Assembly (NCBI GenBank): GCA_964513995.1
Contig: CAZEOQ010000003.1
Span: 20,009-84,008, forward strand
Direction of reading: 5' to 3'
DNA from: an uncultured Desulfobacterales bacterium
GTDB taxonomy: Bacteria > Desulfobacterota > DSM-4660 > Desulfatiglandales > JALVZP01
DNA length: 64,000 nucleotides
Shown here: positions 1-9,921 of the stretch, piece after piece
How the letters are laid out: each line of letters begins with the position of its first letter
How positions within the stretch are numbered: position 1 is the first letter of the stretch
The notes under the pieces: model-generated
Database searches by the model: none
Seen by the model: the letters and a program-made list of their open reading frames with translations, nothing else
Told to the model about the DNA's origin: nothing
Translations under genes and position numbers: made by a program

Positions 1-59
1 TGAAGCAATGGGAATTGATGATCCAGATAGCCTTTCATATGCAAGGAAGATTTTTATCT

Positions 60-1040
60 CTAAGAGGATTTAAGGAGCTCTGAAAGCTTCCTTAGAGAAT
101 TTCTCTGTCCCAAAGCAATAAGTATATCTCCTTCTTCTATCTTTGTCTTAGAAGAAGGGTTGAATACCATACCCCTGTCTTTTTTCCTTATAGCAACTAT
201 TATAACATCCATCTTCTGTCTTATTCCTGAATCTTCCAGTGTAACACCATTTAAAGGAGAACCTTTTCCTACTTTCAGTTCTTCCATCTCAAGTTCTATT
301 TCTCTGTTATAAACAGTAAGTTCTAAAAATTCGGATACTGTGGGTCTTGCAATAAGATTTGCTACTCTTTGTCCTCCAACAAGATGAGGCATAATTACTC
401 TGTCTGCTCCTACTCTGAGAAGTTTCTTATAAGTATGTTCCTCATCAGCTCTTGAGAGTATAAAAAGATTTGGATTAAGTGTTCTTGCTGTCATCGTAAG
501 GAAAAGATTGTCTGCGTCAGATGAAAGAAGTGCAACAATCCCTTTTGCCCTTTCAATTCCTGCTTCTATGAGGATATCCTCTGCTGTTGCATCTCCTATG
601 AGATAAGGATGTCTGTTTCTTTCTAAATCATCTTTTAGTTCTGGATTTTTTTCAATAACAAGATAAGGAATTCCTCTAAGCATAAGTTCATTTGCTACGA
701 CCTTTCCAAGCTTACCATAACCACATATTATGTAATGATCCTTTAATTCCAATTTTTTCCTCCCAAGTATAGATACAATCTGAAATTCTATCATTGTTTG
801 AGCAAAAAGACCAAGTGTATATGCTATTACTCCAACTCCTGTAAGTATCAGAAAGATAGTAAATATCCTTCCTGAAGGAGAGATTGGCTTTATTTCCTGA
901 AAACCAACAGTAGTAATTGTAATAACTGTCATGTAGAGTGAGTCCAAAAAATTCCATCTTTCAATGAACATATATCCTGCTGTTCCCAAAAGGATAATTC
1001 CAAAGAGTAAAAAAAATCCACGAACAATCTTCCTTTTCAT
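60..1040 (-). CDS. 2-TM potassium-channel-family protein with cytoplasmic RCK (TrkA-N/TrkA-C) domains, MthK/Kch-like
   Basis: Two N-terminal hydrophobic helices flank a pore loop TITTVGFQE. The Rossmann motif ICGYGKLGKVV opens an RCK domain, followed by a TrkA-C-like tail. The ATG overlaps the hpt stop (ATGA). Confidence 0.8.
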   Translation of the reverse strand: MKRKIVRGFFLLFGIILLGTAGYMFIERWNFLDSLYMTVITITTVGFQEIKPISPSGRIFTIFLILTGVGVIAYTLGLFAQTMIEFQIVSILGRKKLELKDHYIICGYGKLGKVVANELMLRGIPYLVIEKNPELKDDLERNRHPYLIGDATAEDILIEAGIERAKGIVALLSSDADNLFLTMTARTLNPNLFILSRADEEHTYKKLLRVGADRVIMPHLVGGQRVANLIARPTVSEFLELTVYNREIELEMEELKVGKGSPLNGVTLEDSGIRQKMDVIIVAIRKKDRGMVFNPSSKTKIEEGDILIALGQRNSLRKLSELLKSS

Positions 1041-1570
1041 TCATCTACTTTCAGGACATATATATCAGGAAAAGATCTTCCTTCTTCATTAAAATCAAGA
1101 CCATATCCTATAAGAAAACCCTTTTCTACTTTAAATGCACAGTAATCTATTTCAACCTTTGCTTCTCTCCTTTCAGTTTTATCTATCAAAACACAGGTCC
1201 TTACAGATTCAGGACCTTTTTCCTCAAGGATTTTTACTACCTGAGATAAGGTTTTGCCTGTATCAACTATGTCTTCAACAACTATCACTGGTTTATCTCT
1301 TATTGGAAGCTCTATATCTTTTGTAAAAACGACTTTTCCTGGCTCCATCTTTGAACCATAACTTGCTACTCTTATAAAGTCTATCTTTACAGGAATTGTA
1401 AGCTCCCTTACCAAGTCCGTTAAAAAAAATACAGCTCCTTTAAGTATTCCAATAAGTATCGGTTCTTTTCCTTTGTAGTCTTGAGAGATTTTTCTTGCTA
1501 TCTCTTTTATCCTTTTTTGAATGAGTTCCCTTGGTATAAGAAGTTCTTTTTTATACCTCATTTTTTTCAT
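1037..1570 (-). CDS. hpt: hypoxanthine(-guanine) phosphoribosyltransferase
   Basis: PRPP-binding motif VIVVEDIVDTGKTL, typical ~175 aa length, and the classical position downstream of tilS. The internal ATG at 1561, 9 nt after AAGGAG, may be the true start. Confidence 0.9.
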   Translation of the reverse strand: MKKMRYKKELLIPRELIQKRIKEIARKISQDYKGKEPILIGILKGAVFFLTDLVRELTIPVKIDFIRVASYGSKMEPGKVVFTKDIELPIRDKPVIVVEDIVDTGKTLSQVVKILEEKGPESVRTCVLIDKTERREAKVEIDYCAFKVEKGFLIGYGLDFNEEGRSFPDIYVLKVDE

Positions 1571-3740
1571 CTCCTTTTTTAATACTTTCAGGAAAAGATC
1601 TGATATGAATATCCCTTTGTGGAAAAGGTATCTCTATTCCTTCCTCTTTGAATCTTCTGAAAAGCTCAAAATAATAATCACTTATAAGTCCTGTTATAGG
1701 TCTTAGTTTTTCCATCCTGCACCATACAAGAAGAGAAAAATTAAGACTGCTTTCTCCAAATCCTTCAAACCACACTGTTATAGGATGTTCTTCATCTTCT
1801 CTTGTTGTTGGTATTTTTCTTGCCACCTCTTTTGCAATCCTTACAACCTTTTCTGGATCACTATTATATGAAACTCCAAAAGGAATCCTCAATCTCCTCC
1901 AGTCATCTCCATATGTCCATGTAGCAACCTTGTTTGATACGAGTTCAGAATTTGGGACAATTATGTCTAATCCATCATATGTCCTTATTATCGTGCTTCT
2001 TATTGAAACATCCTTTACCTTTCCCAAAAGTCCATTTTCAAGTTCTATGATATCTCCTACTTTTATACTCCTTTCTGCAAGAAGTATCAGCCCACTTATA
2101 AAGTTATTTGCAATTGTCTGAAGTCCAAAACCTATACCAACTCCAAGTGCTCCAAGTATTATAGTAATCTGACTCAGGTTTACACCAGCAGTAGAAAGTG
2201 CAATAAGAACGAGAAGGATCAGGAGAAAATAATAGCTGAGTTTTGATATAGAGTTTCCAACTCCTACGGATAAACCAAATCTTTTTATAAGAAAAGATGA
2301 AAGCTTTTTTCTTAGAAGTCTTAAAACAAATATTCCGAGACATAAAAAAAGAAAGAACTTGATTATGGCTAAAACAGTTATAACACTTCCTCCTATGCTC
2401 CAGATAGGATATGATACGACGGTCTTTAGTTTTTTAAAACAGTTCACTAATGTGTAAGAGAAGTTTTCATAAAAGCCTTTTTCTTTTTTTACGAGTGATA
2501 GGATGTATCTCGTGTTCCAGAATGTCCTTCTTGCATATGAAAGATTTTCTGAGATCTTTTCTAAAAGTCTTTCAAGGTATTTTTTGTTTAAAAGAAGTTC
2601 TTCATAAAGCTTCCTCAGTGAATCCTTAACAAGGACATCTTCCTCTGTTTTTATTTCATTCCTTATCCTTATAATCTTTTCATTAAGGATAGAATATTCA
2701 TACCTTCTTTTCTCAAACTCATGTTCCAGTCTTTTTATCTTCTCCCCTATCTCATCTACCATTCCCTCACATTTCTTTAAACTTCCTTTTTCTTTCATCC
2801 ATGCATACTTAAATCCTGCATATAGCCTCTTTAAAGAAATAGCTAATCTTTTTTGTGAAAGAGCTTCCTTCTCATACTGAAACCTTTTCAGATAAGCTTT
2901 GATCCTTTCTTTTTCTACTTCAAGAATCCTTTTTGGAGATAGCTCCTTCATTTTTTCAAGTCTTATTTCAAAAAGAAGTATTTTTCTGTTAAGTCTCTTT
3001 TGCTCAGAAATAACCTCCTCCTTTAACTTTTCTTCTTTTCTGCTAATCTCTCTTATCTCTTTAAGAACCTCATCCTTTTCTCTTTCAGAAAACCTCAAAT
3101 TTTTAAACATATCTTCCAATTCCATCTCCTGCTTTTTTACGAGAATGAGAAGTTTCCTTTCAGCCTCTTCTAACTTCATCTTTTTTATCATCCTTATCGC
3201 ATACTCTGTCTGAAGACTTAAAAGCTGAGCAGTCAAAAGATATTTCCTTATTTTTTCCTTCTCTTCCACATACCTCAGAAAGAGCTGATTTAGTTCCTGC
3301 TCAATTCCTGAAAGTTCATCTAAGAGAACTTTTTCCTCTTTCTGAAATCTTTTTAGTCTTTGAATAGAATCCTGATAAAAGGAAAGTCTTTTTTCAAAGT
3401 CCTTTAGTCTATATGGAGGGCTAAAGATAGGGATTTGAGGGATCTGATATTTACTTTTTATTTCTCTTTTTAGCCTTGAAAGCAAAAAAGATGTTCCTTC
3501 TAAAAGCTCTATTGCTTCAGAAATAATTCTTCTTTCTTCTTCCTTAAGCTCCTCTTTTGGGATAAGATTTAACTGAGATATAAGCTGATTTATGAAATTC
3601 TTCCGAATTTCTATAAAATTCTCTATCTTCTGAAGATTTCCTTTATATAACCTTGGTTCTAAAGGTGATGTTAGTAAGGTCTTAGAAAAAACAATTCCTG
3701 CTAAGATAAAGTCTATCAGAAAAGCTAATAACCACTTCAC
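1551..3740 (-). CDS. large MscS-family mechanosensitive channel (MscK/KefA-like) with long coiled-coil N-terminal region
   Basis: GTG start directly after the upstream stop (TAAGTG). A ~430 aa K/E-rich coiled-coil region is followed by several TM helices and an MscS core (TIANNFISGLILLAERSIKVGDIIEL). Confidence 0.8.
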   Translation of the reverse strand: MKWLLAFLIDFILAGIVFSKTLLTSPLEPRLYKGNLQKIENFIEIRKNFINQLISQLNLIPKEELKEEERRIISEAIELLEGTSFLLSRLKREIKSKYQIPQIPIFSPPYRLKDFEKRLSFYQDSIQRLKRFQKEEKVLLDELSGIEQELNQLFLRYVEEKEKIRKYLLTAQLLSLQTEYAIRMIKKMKLEEAERKLLILVKKQEMELEDMFKNLRFSEREKDEVLKEIREISRKEEKLKEEVISEQKRLNRKILLFEIRLEKMKELSPKRILEVEKERIKAYLKRFQYEKEALSQKRLAISLKRLYAGFKYAWMKEKGSLKKCEGMVDEIGEKIKRLEHEFEKRRYEYSILNEKIIRIRNEIKTEEDVLVKDSLRKLYEELLLNKKYLERLLEKISENLSYARRTFWNTRYILSLVKKEKGFYENFSYTLVNCFKKLKTVVSYPIWSIGGSVITVLAIIKFFLFLCLGIFVLRLLRKKLSSFLIKRFGLSVGVGNSISKLSYYFLLILLVLIALSTAGVNLSQITIILGALGVGIGFGLQTIANNFISGLILLAERSIKVGDIIELENGLLGKVKDVSIRSTIIRTYDGLDIIVPNSELVSNKVATWTYGDDWRRLRIPFGVSYNSDPEKVVRIAKEVARKIPTTREDEEHPITVWFEGFGESSLNFSLLVWCRMEKLRPITGLISDYYFELFRRFKEEGIEIPFPQRDIHIRSFPESIKKGDEKNEV

Positions 3741-4463
3741 TTATCCTATAACTCCATCCGCATATACATTTCCACTTTCCAATACTTTCCATACTTTTCC
3801 AAACTTCCCTATGACCACATTTATCACATCTCCTGGTCTTAAAAGTTCCACGAGCTCTTTTGTAAGAAGAACTGGACCTACTTTCATCCCTTCTTCATTT
3901 TCCAAATAAGCCAGATTTCCTTCAAAGTAAAGTATCTTCATGTATCCTTCATCCCAATCTTCTGGTTCTCTCATTGAATCTATTGACACGACCTTATTAT
4001 TCCACATTCCAGGATTTGGAGTATGCAAAAGATATAGCTTATATGCTGCTTCCTGAAGCCTTTTTATCTCCTTAGACTTATCTCTTGGAATCACTGATAA
4101 GAATTCCTTCCTTTGCTCTTTTGTAATATATCCTCTTTTATAACACCAGTTTATCCATCTTCTCATGACTATAGGAGCTCTGATAAGCACAACATCACTT
4201 CCTATCCACTTTCTTGGAAGCCACCAGTCAATGAAATCAGAAATAATTTCCTTTTGATAATCGCTCCAGTCTGCTGCTAAAAGCTCTTCTCCATTTTCTC
4301 CTTCTATTACTGCATAAGGATCTGATCTGAGCATATCTATAAAAAGAAGAATGACTGTTCTGTAGATGTTTTTTGTTCTTTCTGTAAAAGAGAGCTGTTC
4401 AAGAAATTCTATAGCTGATCTGGTTATATTTGAAGGATGCTTTAAAAGCTCATCTAAGAGCAT
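3741..4463 (-). CDS. hypothetical protein (240 aa), no recognisable family
   Basis: Long ORF with a GGGAGG SD 8 nt before the ATG. It is locked into the tilS-hpt operon by an overlap with the tilS stop and direct abutment to the next start. Confidence 0.55.
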   Translation of the reverse strand: MLLDELLKHPSNITRSAIEFLEQLSFTERTKNIYRTVILLFIDMLRSDPYAVIEGENGEELLAADWSDYQKEIISDFIDWWLPRKWIGSDVVLIRAPIVMRRWINWCYKRGYITKEQRKEFLSVIPRDKSKEIKRLQEAAYKLYLLHTPNPGMWNNKVVSIDSMREPEDWDEGYMKILYFEGNLAYLENEEGMKVGPVLLTKELVELLRPGDVINVVIGKFGKVWKVLESGNVYADGVIG

Positions 4464-5838
4464 TTTCAGAACCTCCCTGAAGATATTCTTTTAATAAAGG
4501 TTCTTCTGTCTCAAATCTTATCTTTATACCATTTTTTACTCCTGTCTTATATCTTTTATCCACCCTTTCTATTCCACATATGTAAACAGGCTTTCCATCT
4601 TTGACAATCATAGGCAGCTTTTTCCTTAATCCTTTAGGAATCTTCAGGTCTATAAAAATATCCTTTACCTTCTTATGTCCATTTACAGAAATCCTATCAC
4701 CTTTCCTCATATTTCTTACAACAATAGGGAAGCTTACATCTAAAGCATCATCTGATTTTTCCAAGATTATCCAGCTTTTTATCTCTCTTATATAGTATCT
4801 TCCATAATCGTTTATGATGTAACAGAAGTCTTGCACATCTTCTTTCCTTTTTATAAAAAGCCTGTCATAAGACTTTTCAACTTTGATTCCATAAGGGATA
4901 TGGACCTCAGCATTTGCCTTTTCAGAAAAGGCAATCTTTAAAATAGAACTTATGTGCTTGTGACTTATCCTCTTTAGACTTCCTATTTTTTCTTCCAGGA
5001 TATTTCTAAGTATCCTGTTTTTCAAAGCTGGATGAACAGCTTTCAGATCTTCTAATTTAAGAACTGAAATTTCTCCAATCTCTTTTACATTTCTTTTAAT
5101 CCAGTCATTTGCATTTTTTTCTAAAAAATCATTTTCCAAAAAGAGGATCTCAGCAGTATTTGCTAAGATTTCTATTATATTTGGCTGGTATTTCAGAAGA
5201 TAAGGGATCAATTCGTGCCTTATTCTGTTTCTCAAAAACTCTAAACTCATATTAGAGGAGTCTATCATGTAACTAAGACCTCTTTTTTTAAGATAATACA
5301 ACACTTCTTCCCTGGTCAACTTTATTATAGGTCTTATTATCCTGCCTCTTACAGGAGGAATCCCTCTCAGACCAGAAGTCCCACTTCCTCTTATAAGTCT
5401 CATAAGGACAGTTTCTGCTTGATCATTCATATTATGTCCTACTGCTATCCTTTCTGCTCCATATTTTTCCCTTACTTCTTCAAGAAAATTATATCTTAAA
5501 ATCCTTGCCTTTTCTTCAATTGAACCAGAACTTTTTATATCTTCATCAGTCTTCTTGTATTCAAATGGAATTCCTAACTTTTCACTGAATCCTTTTACAA
5601 ACCTTGTTTCTCTTTCGTCTTCTCCTGGTCTCATTCCGTGATCAAAGTGAGCTGTTATCAGCTGATACTTAAATTCGTCTTTAAGTTCGTAAAGGATGTG
5701 TAAAAGACATATAGAATCAGGTCCTCCTGAGACCCCTACAACGATTTTATCACCTTCATCAATCATGTTGTATTCAATTATTGTAGACTTTACCTTGTTT
5801 ATAATCTGAAGGAGCTTAAGGTCTTGCTTTTTTTTCAT
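4450..5838 (-). CDS. tilS: tRNA(Ile)-lysidine synthase
   Basis: PP-loop motif VGVSGGPDS, length and C-terminal domain typical of TilS, and hpt downstream. Confidence 0.9.
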   Translation of the reverse strand: MKKKQDLKLLQIINKVKSTIIEYNMIDEGDKIVVGVSGGPDSICLLHILYELKDEFKYQLITAHFDHGMRPGEDERETRFVKGFSEKLGIPFEYKKTDEDIKSSGSIEEKARILRYNFLEEVREKYGAERIAVGHNMNDQAETVLMRLIRGSGTSGLRGIPPVRGRIIRPIIKLTREEVLYYLKKRGLSYMIDSSNMSLEFLRNRIRHELIPYLLKYQPNIIEILANTAEILFLENDFLEKNANDWIKRNVKEIGEISVLKLEDLKAVHPALKNRILRNILEEKIGSLKRISHKHISSILKIAFSEKANAEVHIPYGIKVEKSYDRLFIKRKEDVQDFCYIINDYGRYYIREIKSWIILEKSDDALDVSFPIVVRNMRKGDRISVNGHKKVKDIFIDLKIPKGLRKKLPMIVKDGKPVYICGIERVDKRYKTGVKNGIKIRFETEEPLLKEYLQGGSENALR

Positions 5839-5883
5839 ATCAGTTGTACAAATTGGCTGTTAAAAAAAAGGAGGAATATAAGA

Positions 5884-7248
5884 ATGCGTAAAATCAATTT
5901 ACCAGAATCAGAACTTCCTCGTCAATGGTATAACATCCTTCCTGATCTTCCTGTCCCATTATCTCCTCCTCTTCATCCAAAAACAGGAAAACCTATATCT
6001 GCTTCTGATCTTGAAGCAATATTTCCTCCTCCTCTTATTGAACAAGAATTTTCTCAAAAAACAGATATAGAAATACCAGAAGAAGTCCTTGAGAAATATA
6101 AAATATGGAGACCTACTCCTCTATACAGGGCATTAAATCTGGAAAGATACCTGAAAACTCCAGCAAAGATATACTTTAAAAACGAAGGAGTAAGTCCTTC
6201 TGGGAGTCATAAACCAAATACAGCAATTGCCCAGGCATATTATAATAAGATCTCTGGAACAAAGAGACTTACAACTGAAACAGGTGCTGGACAGTGGGGA
6301 AGTGCACTTGCATTTAGCTGTTCTCAGTTTGGTCTTGAGTGTAAAGTATTTATGGTAAGGATAAGCTATGAACAGAAACCATACAGAAGGATTATGATGG
6401 AAGCATGGGGAGCAGAATGTATTCCAAGTCCAAGCAGTCAAACAGAGGCAGGAAGGAGGATCTTAGAAAAAGATCCTGATTCACCTGGAAGCTTAGGAAT
6501 AGCTATAAGTGAAGCTATAGAGCTTGCCGTAACAGATAAAGATACAAAGTATGCACTTGGAAGTGTCCTGAATCATGTCCTTCTTCATCAGACGATAATA
6601 GGTCTTGAATGCAAAAAACAGCTGGAGCTTATAGGAGAATATCCTGATGTAATAATAGGATGTATTGGTGGAGGAAGCAATTTTGGAGGACTTTGTCTTC
6701 CTTTTGTAAGAGATAAAATAAACGGGAAAGACATAGACATAATAGCTGTAGAGCCTACAGCATGTCCTACAGTTACAAAAGGAGAATTTGCTTATGACTT
6801 TGGAGATACAGCCTGTCTAACCCCTCTTCTTCCCATGCATACACTTGGTCACAGCTTTGTTCCAAAACCACTTCATGCTGGAGGACTCAGGTATCACGGA
6901 ATGGCTCCTATTATAAGTCATCTCGTAGAACAGGGGATCATAAAAGCAGTGGCAGTAAGTCAGCTTGATACATTCAAAGCAGGGATAATATTTGCAAAAA
7001 CAGAAGGTTTCATCAGTGCGCCAGAAACAAATCATGCAATATCTGTTGTAATTCAGGAAGCTATTAAAGCAAAGGAAGAAGGAAAAGAAAAGACTATACT
7101 TTTTAATTGGAGTGGACATGGACTTTTAGATCTTTCTGCATACAATGCCTATCTTAGAGGAGAGCTTATTGATTTTTCTCTCTCGGATGATGAGATAAAA
7201 GAAGCTCTAAAAGAGATAGAAAATCTTCCAAAGCCAAAGAAGAGATGA
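5884..7248 (+). CDS. trpB: tryptophan synthase beta chain-like protein, TrpB2 type
   Basis: TrpB2-type N-terminus ([13 protein letters not shown]), PLP-lysine context SGSHKPNTA and a GGGSN loop. An AGGAGG SD precedes ATG 5884. The ORF-track TTG at 5824 is judged an extension. Confidence 0.9.
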   Translation: MRKINLPESELPRQWYNILPDLPVPLSPPLHPKTGKPISASDLEAIFPPPLIEQEFSQKTDIEIPEEVLEKYKIWRPTPLYRALNLERYLKTPAKIYFKNEGVSPSGSHKPNTAIAQAYYNKISGTKRLTTETGAGQWGSALAFSCSQFGLECKVFMVRISYEQKPYRRIMMEAWGAECIPSPSSQTEAGRRILEKDPDSPGSLGIAISEAIELAVTDKDTKYALGSVLNHVLLHQTIIGLECKKQLELIGEYPDVIIGCIGGGSNFGGLCLPFVRDKINGKDIDIIAVEPTACPTVTKGEFAYDFGDTACLTPLLPMHTLGHSFVPKPLHAGGLRYHGMAPIISHLVEQGIIKAVAVSQLDTFKAGIIFAKTEGFISAPETNHAISVVIQEAIKAKEEGKEKTILFNWSGHGLLDLSAYNAYLRGELIDFSLSDDEIKEALKEIENLPKPKKR

Positions 7249-7457
7249 AAATAAGATGTCCTAAGCTGGGAGATGAAGTAGATTTTGGATATTGCAGGAG
7301 GGAAAATAATGGAAAGCCTTGTTACAGAATATTTGATTGCTGGGGACCTGAAGTAAAAGATCTCCTTAGAGAAGACGAACTGAAAGATATAAAACCACCA
7401 AAAACCAAGATAGTATCACTTATAGAGCTTATAGAAAAAGCTAAAAGAAAGGATTAG
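7245..7457 (+). CDS. small Cys4 protein (70 aa), unknown function
   Basis: ATGA overlap with the trpB2 stop. Four Cys residues (C5, C17, C26, C32) and a K/E-rich tail. No recognised family. Confidence 0.55.
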   Translation: MKIRCPKLGDEVDFGYCRRENNGKPCYRIFDCWGPEVKDLLREDELKDIKPPKTKIVSLIELIEKAKRKD

Positions 7458-7469
7458 TCATTTCACAGC

Positions 7470-7497
7470 TTGACTTAAGTAAGATTTGAATTAATAT
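7470..7497 (+). promoter_or_regulatory. sigma70-like promoter upstream of the HU/IHF gene
   Basis: TTGACT (7470-7475), 16 nt spacer, TAATAT (7492-7497), about 30 nt upstream of ATG 7528. Confidence 0.45.
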
Positions 7498-7527
7498 TAT
7501 TAAAAACCTCTTGGAAAGAGGTGGATT

Positions 7528-7806
7528 ATGAATAAGTCTCAGCTTATAAGAGCTTTAGCAGAAGAACAAAAACTTCCTCTTTATAAAGCAGAGGAAGTAG
7601 TAAATACTTTCTTTGGAGAAATAGAAAGAGCTTTTATGAATTCTGAAAGGGTAGAGATCAGAGGATTTGGAAGTTTTAAAATCAAGCATTATGACGGATA
7701 CAGAGGAAGAAATCCAAAAACTGGTGAACCGATAGATGTAAAACCAAAAAGATTGCCTTTTTTTAAAGTAGGAAAAGATTTGAAAAAGAGAGTAGACATA
7801 GAATGA
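7528..7806 (+). CDS. HU/IHF-family DNA-binding protein (IHF-beta-like)
   Basis: 92 aa with the family signature RGFGSF...GRNPKTGEPIDV. Confidence 0.9.
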   Translation: MNKSQLIRALAEEQKLPLYKAEEVVNTFFGEIERAFMNSERVEIRGFGSFKIKHYDGYRGRNPKTGEPIDVKPKRLPFFKVGKDLKKRVDIE

Positions 7807-7808
7807 AA

Positions 7809-8077
7809 CCCGGCCGTGCTAGGCGGGGAGTTAGCGGTTCCCTGTACCCGAAATCCGCTTATGCGGGGCCGAATGCCCTATGAGGTCTGCTATGGGATTT
7901 CCTTTTTCTGGCTTAGGACATGGTGGAAGCCCCATGGACAGACCTCTTACGAACCCCGCCAGGCCCGGAAGGGAGCAACGGTAAGTAAGTAGGTCTGGGT
8001 CATGGAAGGACCACCACTGATCCTAAGTCAGAAAAGGAGTCCTTATAGCAGATCGAGTAGGGATGCACGGCCGGGTC
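7809..8077 (+). ncRNA. ffs: signal recognition particle RNA, long (Alu-domain-containing, Bacillus scRNA-like) form
   Basis: The 5' region GCTAGGCGGGGAGTTAGCGGTTCCCTGTACCCGAAATCCGC closely resembles my recollection of the Bacillus scRNA Alu domain. The domain IV motif CAGGCCCGGAAGGGAGCAAC carries a GGAA tetraloop (7960-7979). The termini CCGGCCGTGC and GCACGGCCGG pair. The region is a GC-rich island in AT-rich DNA. Ends are approximate (about +-5 nt). Confidence 0.9.
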
Positions 8078-8094
8078 CTTCCTGAAATTTTTTT

Positions 8095-9921
8095 ATGATA
8101 GAACACATCTTAGGAAAGGATATAGCAAGATACATAAGACCTTATCGCAGATTAATTTTTTATTCAATAAGCTTTGCTATTCTTTCTTCTTTTTTTGTCG
8201 TAATACCTGCCTATCTTCTTCAGCCATTTATTGACGAATGTATGAAAAAAGGAACTGAACCTGCAAGCTGGAAGATCACATGGATTAGATTTGATTCTCT
8301 GACTTCATGGCATAAAACAGAAATAGTCCTGATAAAAGAGATATCACAAAGCAGACTAATAGTTTTACTTGGAGCTATAGCAGCAGTCTCTGTAATACTT
8401 AAGTCTTTGTTTTCTTATCTTAGTGGAATAACAGCTGTTGCTTTTTCTAACAGAGCTGTGCAGGCTTTAAGGATTGATCTTTATAAAAAATTTATCAGTT
8501 TGCCTTTAAGCTTTTATCATAAAAGAAAGAAAGGTGAGCTTATAGCAAGAGCTACAGCAGACATAAACATAATGCAGTCAAACATTGCAAATATTCTAAT
8601 TGGACTTATCCAGTATCCTCTTATCATCTTTGTCTTCCTCATATATCTGCTTATTATGGATCTTCAGATGACCCTTATTGTTGCCTTTATATCTCCTGTA
8701 ATTGTATTTCTTGTAAAAGTATTTGGGAATAAAGTAAAAAAGAATGCACTGAAAATGCAAGAAGCAATGGCTGATGTGACTTCTGCATATCAGGAGACAC
8801 TTTCTTGTCTAAAAGTAATTCATGGATTTTATAGAGGAAAAGATGAGGTGGAAAAGTTTGAAAAACTGGCAGATGAGCTTTACAAAAGAGTTATACAGTG
8901 GAGGAAGTGGCATTTGGGACTGAGTCCTATGATGGATGTTACTATATTTTTCCTTATTCCAGGAATCCTGCTTATAGGAAAACTCCACTTTCACCACACC
9001 TTAGGTGAACTTATCTCAATGCTGTATGCCTATTCAAGAATTTATCAGCCTATAAAAAAACTTACAAAGATAAATAATGACATAAAGACACTACATGGAG
9101 CAACAAAAAGAGTTTTTGAAATTCTTTCGGCTGAGCCTGAGATAAAAGAAAAAAAGGATGCAAAAGTCCTTCCAAGACATAAAAAGTATATAGAATTCAG
9201 AAATGTAAGTTTTGGATATGATCCAGATAAACTCGTATTGAAAAACATATCGTTCAGGATAAATGCTGGTGAAGTTGTAGCATTTGTGGGATCTACTGGA
9301 TCTGGAAAAAGCACTCTTCTTGAACTGATTCCTCGTTTTTATGATGTCACATCTGGAAGCATTATTATAGACGGATATGACATAAGGGAAGTTACCTTAG
9401 AATCTCTCAGAAGACAGATAGGTATAGTAACTCAGGATATAATCCTTTTTCATGATACGATTGAAAATAACATAAAATACGGTGCTCCTGAAAAAGGAAT
9501 GGAAGAGATCATTGAAGCTGCAAAAGCTGCATATGCTCATGATTTTATTGTAAAACAGCCAAGATCCTACAAGACTATAATAGGAGACAAGGGAGATCTT
9601 CTTTCTGGAGGTCAAAAACAGAGGATAGCAATCTCAAGAGCCCTTCTTATAAATCCAAGTATACTTATACTTGATGAGGCTGCTTCAGCACTTGATGCAG
9701 AAAGTGAAAAGTTTATTCAGAAGACCATAGACAAGCTTAAAGGTAAGTGCACAATCCTTATTTCTGCTCACAGATTAAATACCATAGCAAATGCTGACAG
9801 GATTTATGTGCTTGAGGATGGAATGATTGTAGAATCTGGAACCTGGAATGAACTTATATCAAAGAAAGGGAGATTTCAGTTTCTCTATGAATTACAGTTC
9901 AAGAATCATGAAGAAAGATGA
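8095..9921 (+). CDS. ABC exporter, fused permease/ATPase (MsbA-like)
   Basis: N-terminal 6-TM exporter domain plus an NBD with Walker A GSTGSGKST, signature LSGGQKQRIAISRA and Walker B ILILDEA. Confidence 0.85.
   Translation: MIEHILGKDIARYIRPYRRLIFYSISFAILSSFFVVIPAYLLQPFIDECMKKGTEPASWKITWIRFDSLTSWHKTEIVLIKEISQSRLIVLLGAIAAVSVILKSLFSYLSGITAVAFSNRAVQALRIDLYKKFISLPLSFYHKRKKGELIARATADINIMQSNIANILIGLIQYPLIIFVFLIYLLIMDLQMTLIVAFISPVIVFLVKVFGNKVKKNALKMQEAMADVTSAYQETLSCLKVIHGFYRGKDEVEKFEKLADELYKRVIQWRKWHLGLSPMMDVTIFFLIPGILLIGKLHFHHTLGELISMLYAYSRIYQPIKKLTKINNDIKTLHGATKRVFEILSAEPEIKEKKDAKVLPRHKKYIEFRNVSFGYDPDKLVLKNISFRINAGEVVAFVGSTGSGKSTLLELIPRFYDVTSGSIIIDGYDIREVTLESLRRQIGIVTQDIILFHDTIENNIKYGAPEKGMEEIIEAAKAAYAHDFIVKQPRSYKTIIGDKGDLLSGGQKQRIAISRALLINPSILILDEAASALDAESEKFIQKTIDKLKGKCTILISAHRLNTIANADRIYVLEDGMIVESGTWNELISKKGRFQFLYELQFKNHEER

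Noticed and set aside
5824-5883. N-terminal extensions suggested by longest-ORF calls using TTG/GTG starts: trpB2 5824, macA-like 49581, groEL 45477, hpnJ-like 56084, prmA 38574, the 113-aa ORF 27853, pabA 14800 and aroE 62159.
   Set aside because: In most cases an internal ATG with a well-spaced GGAGG-type SD and/or the canonical family N-terminus fits better. pabA has no SD, prmA has only a weak one, and aroE has none well placed. In those three cases the shorter start rests on the family N-terminus or on avoiding an overlap. The extensions overlap upstream genes or the SD itself.
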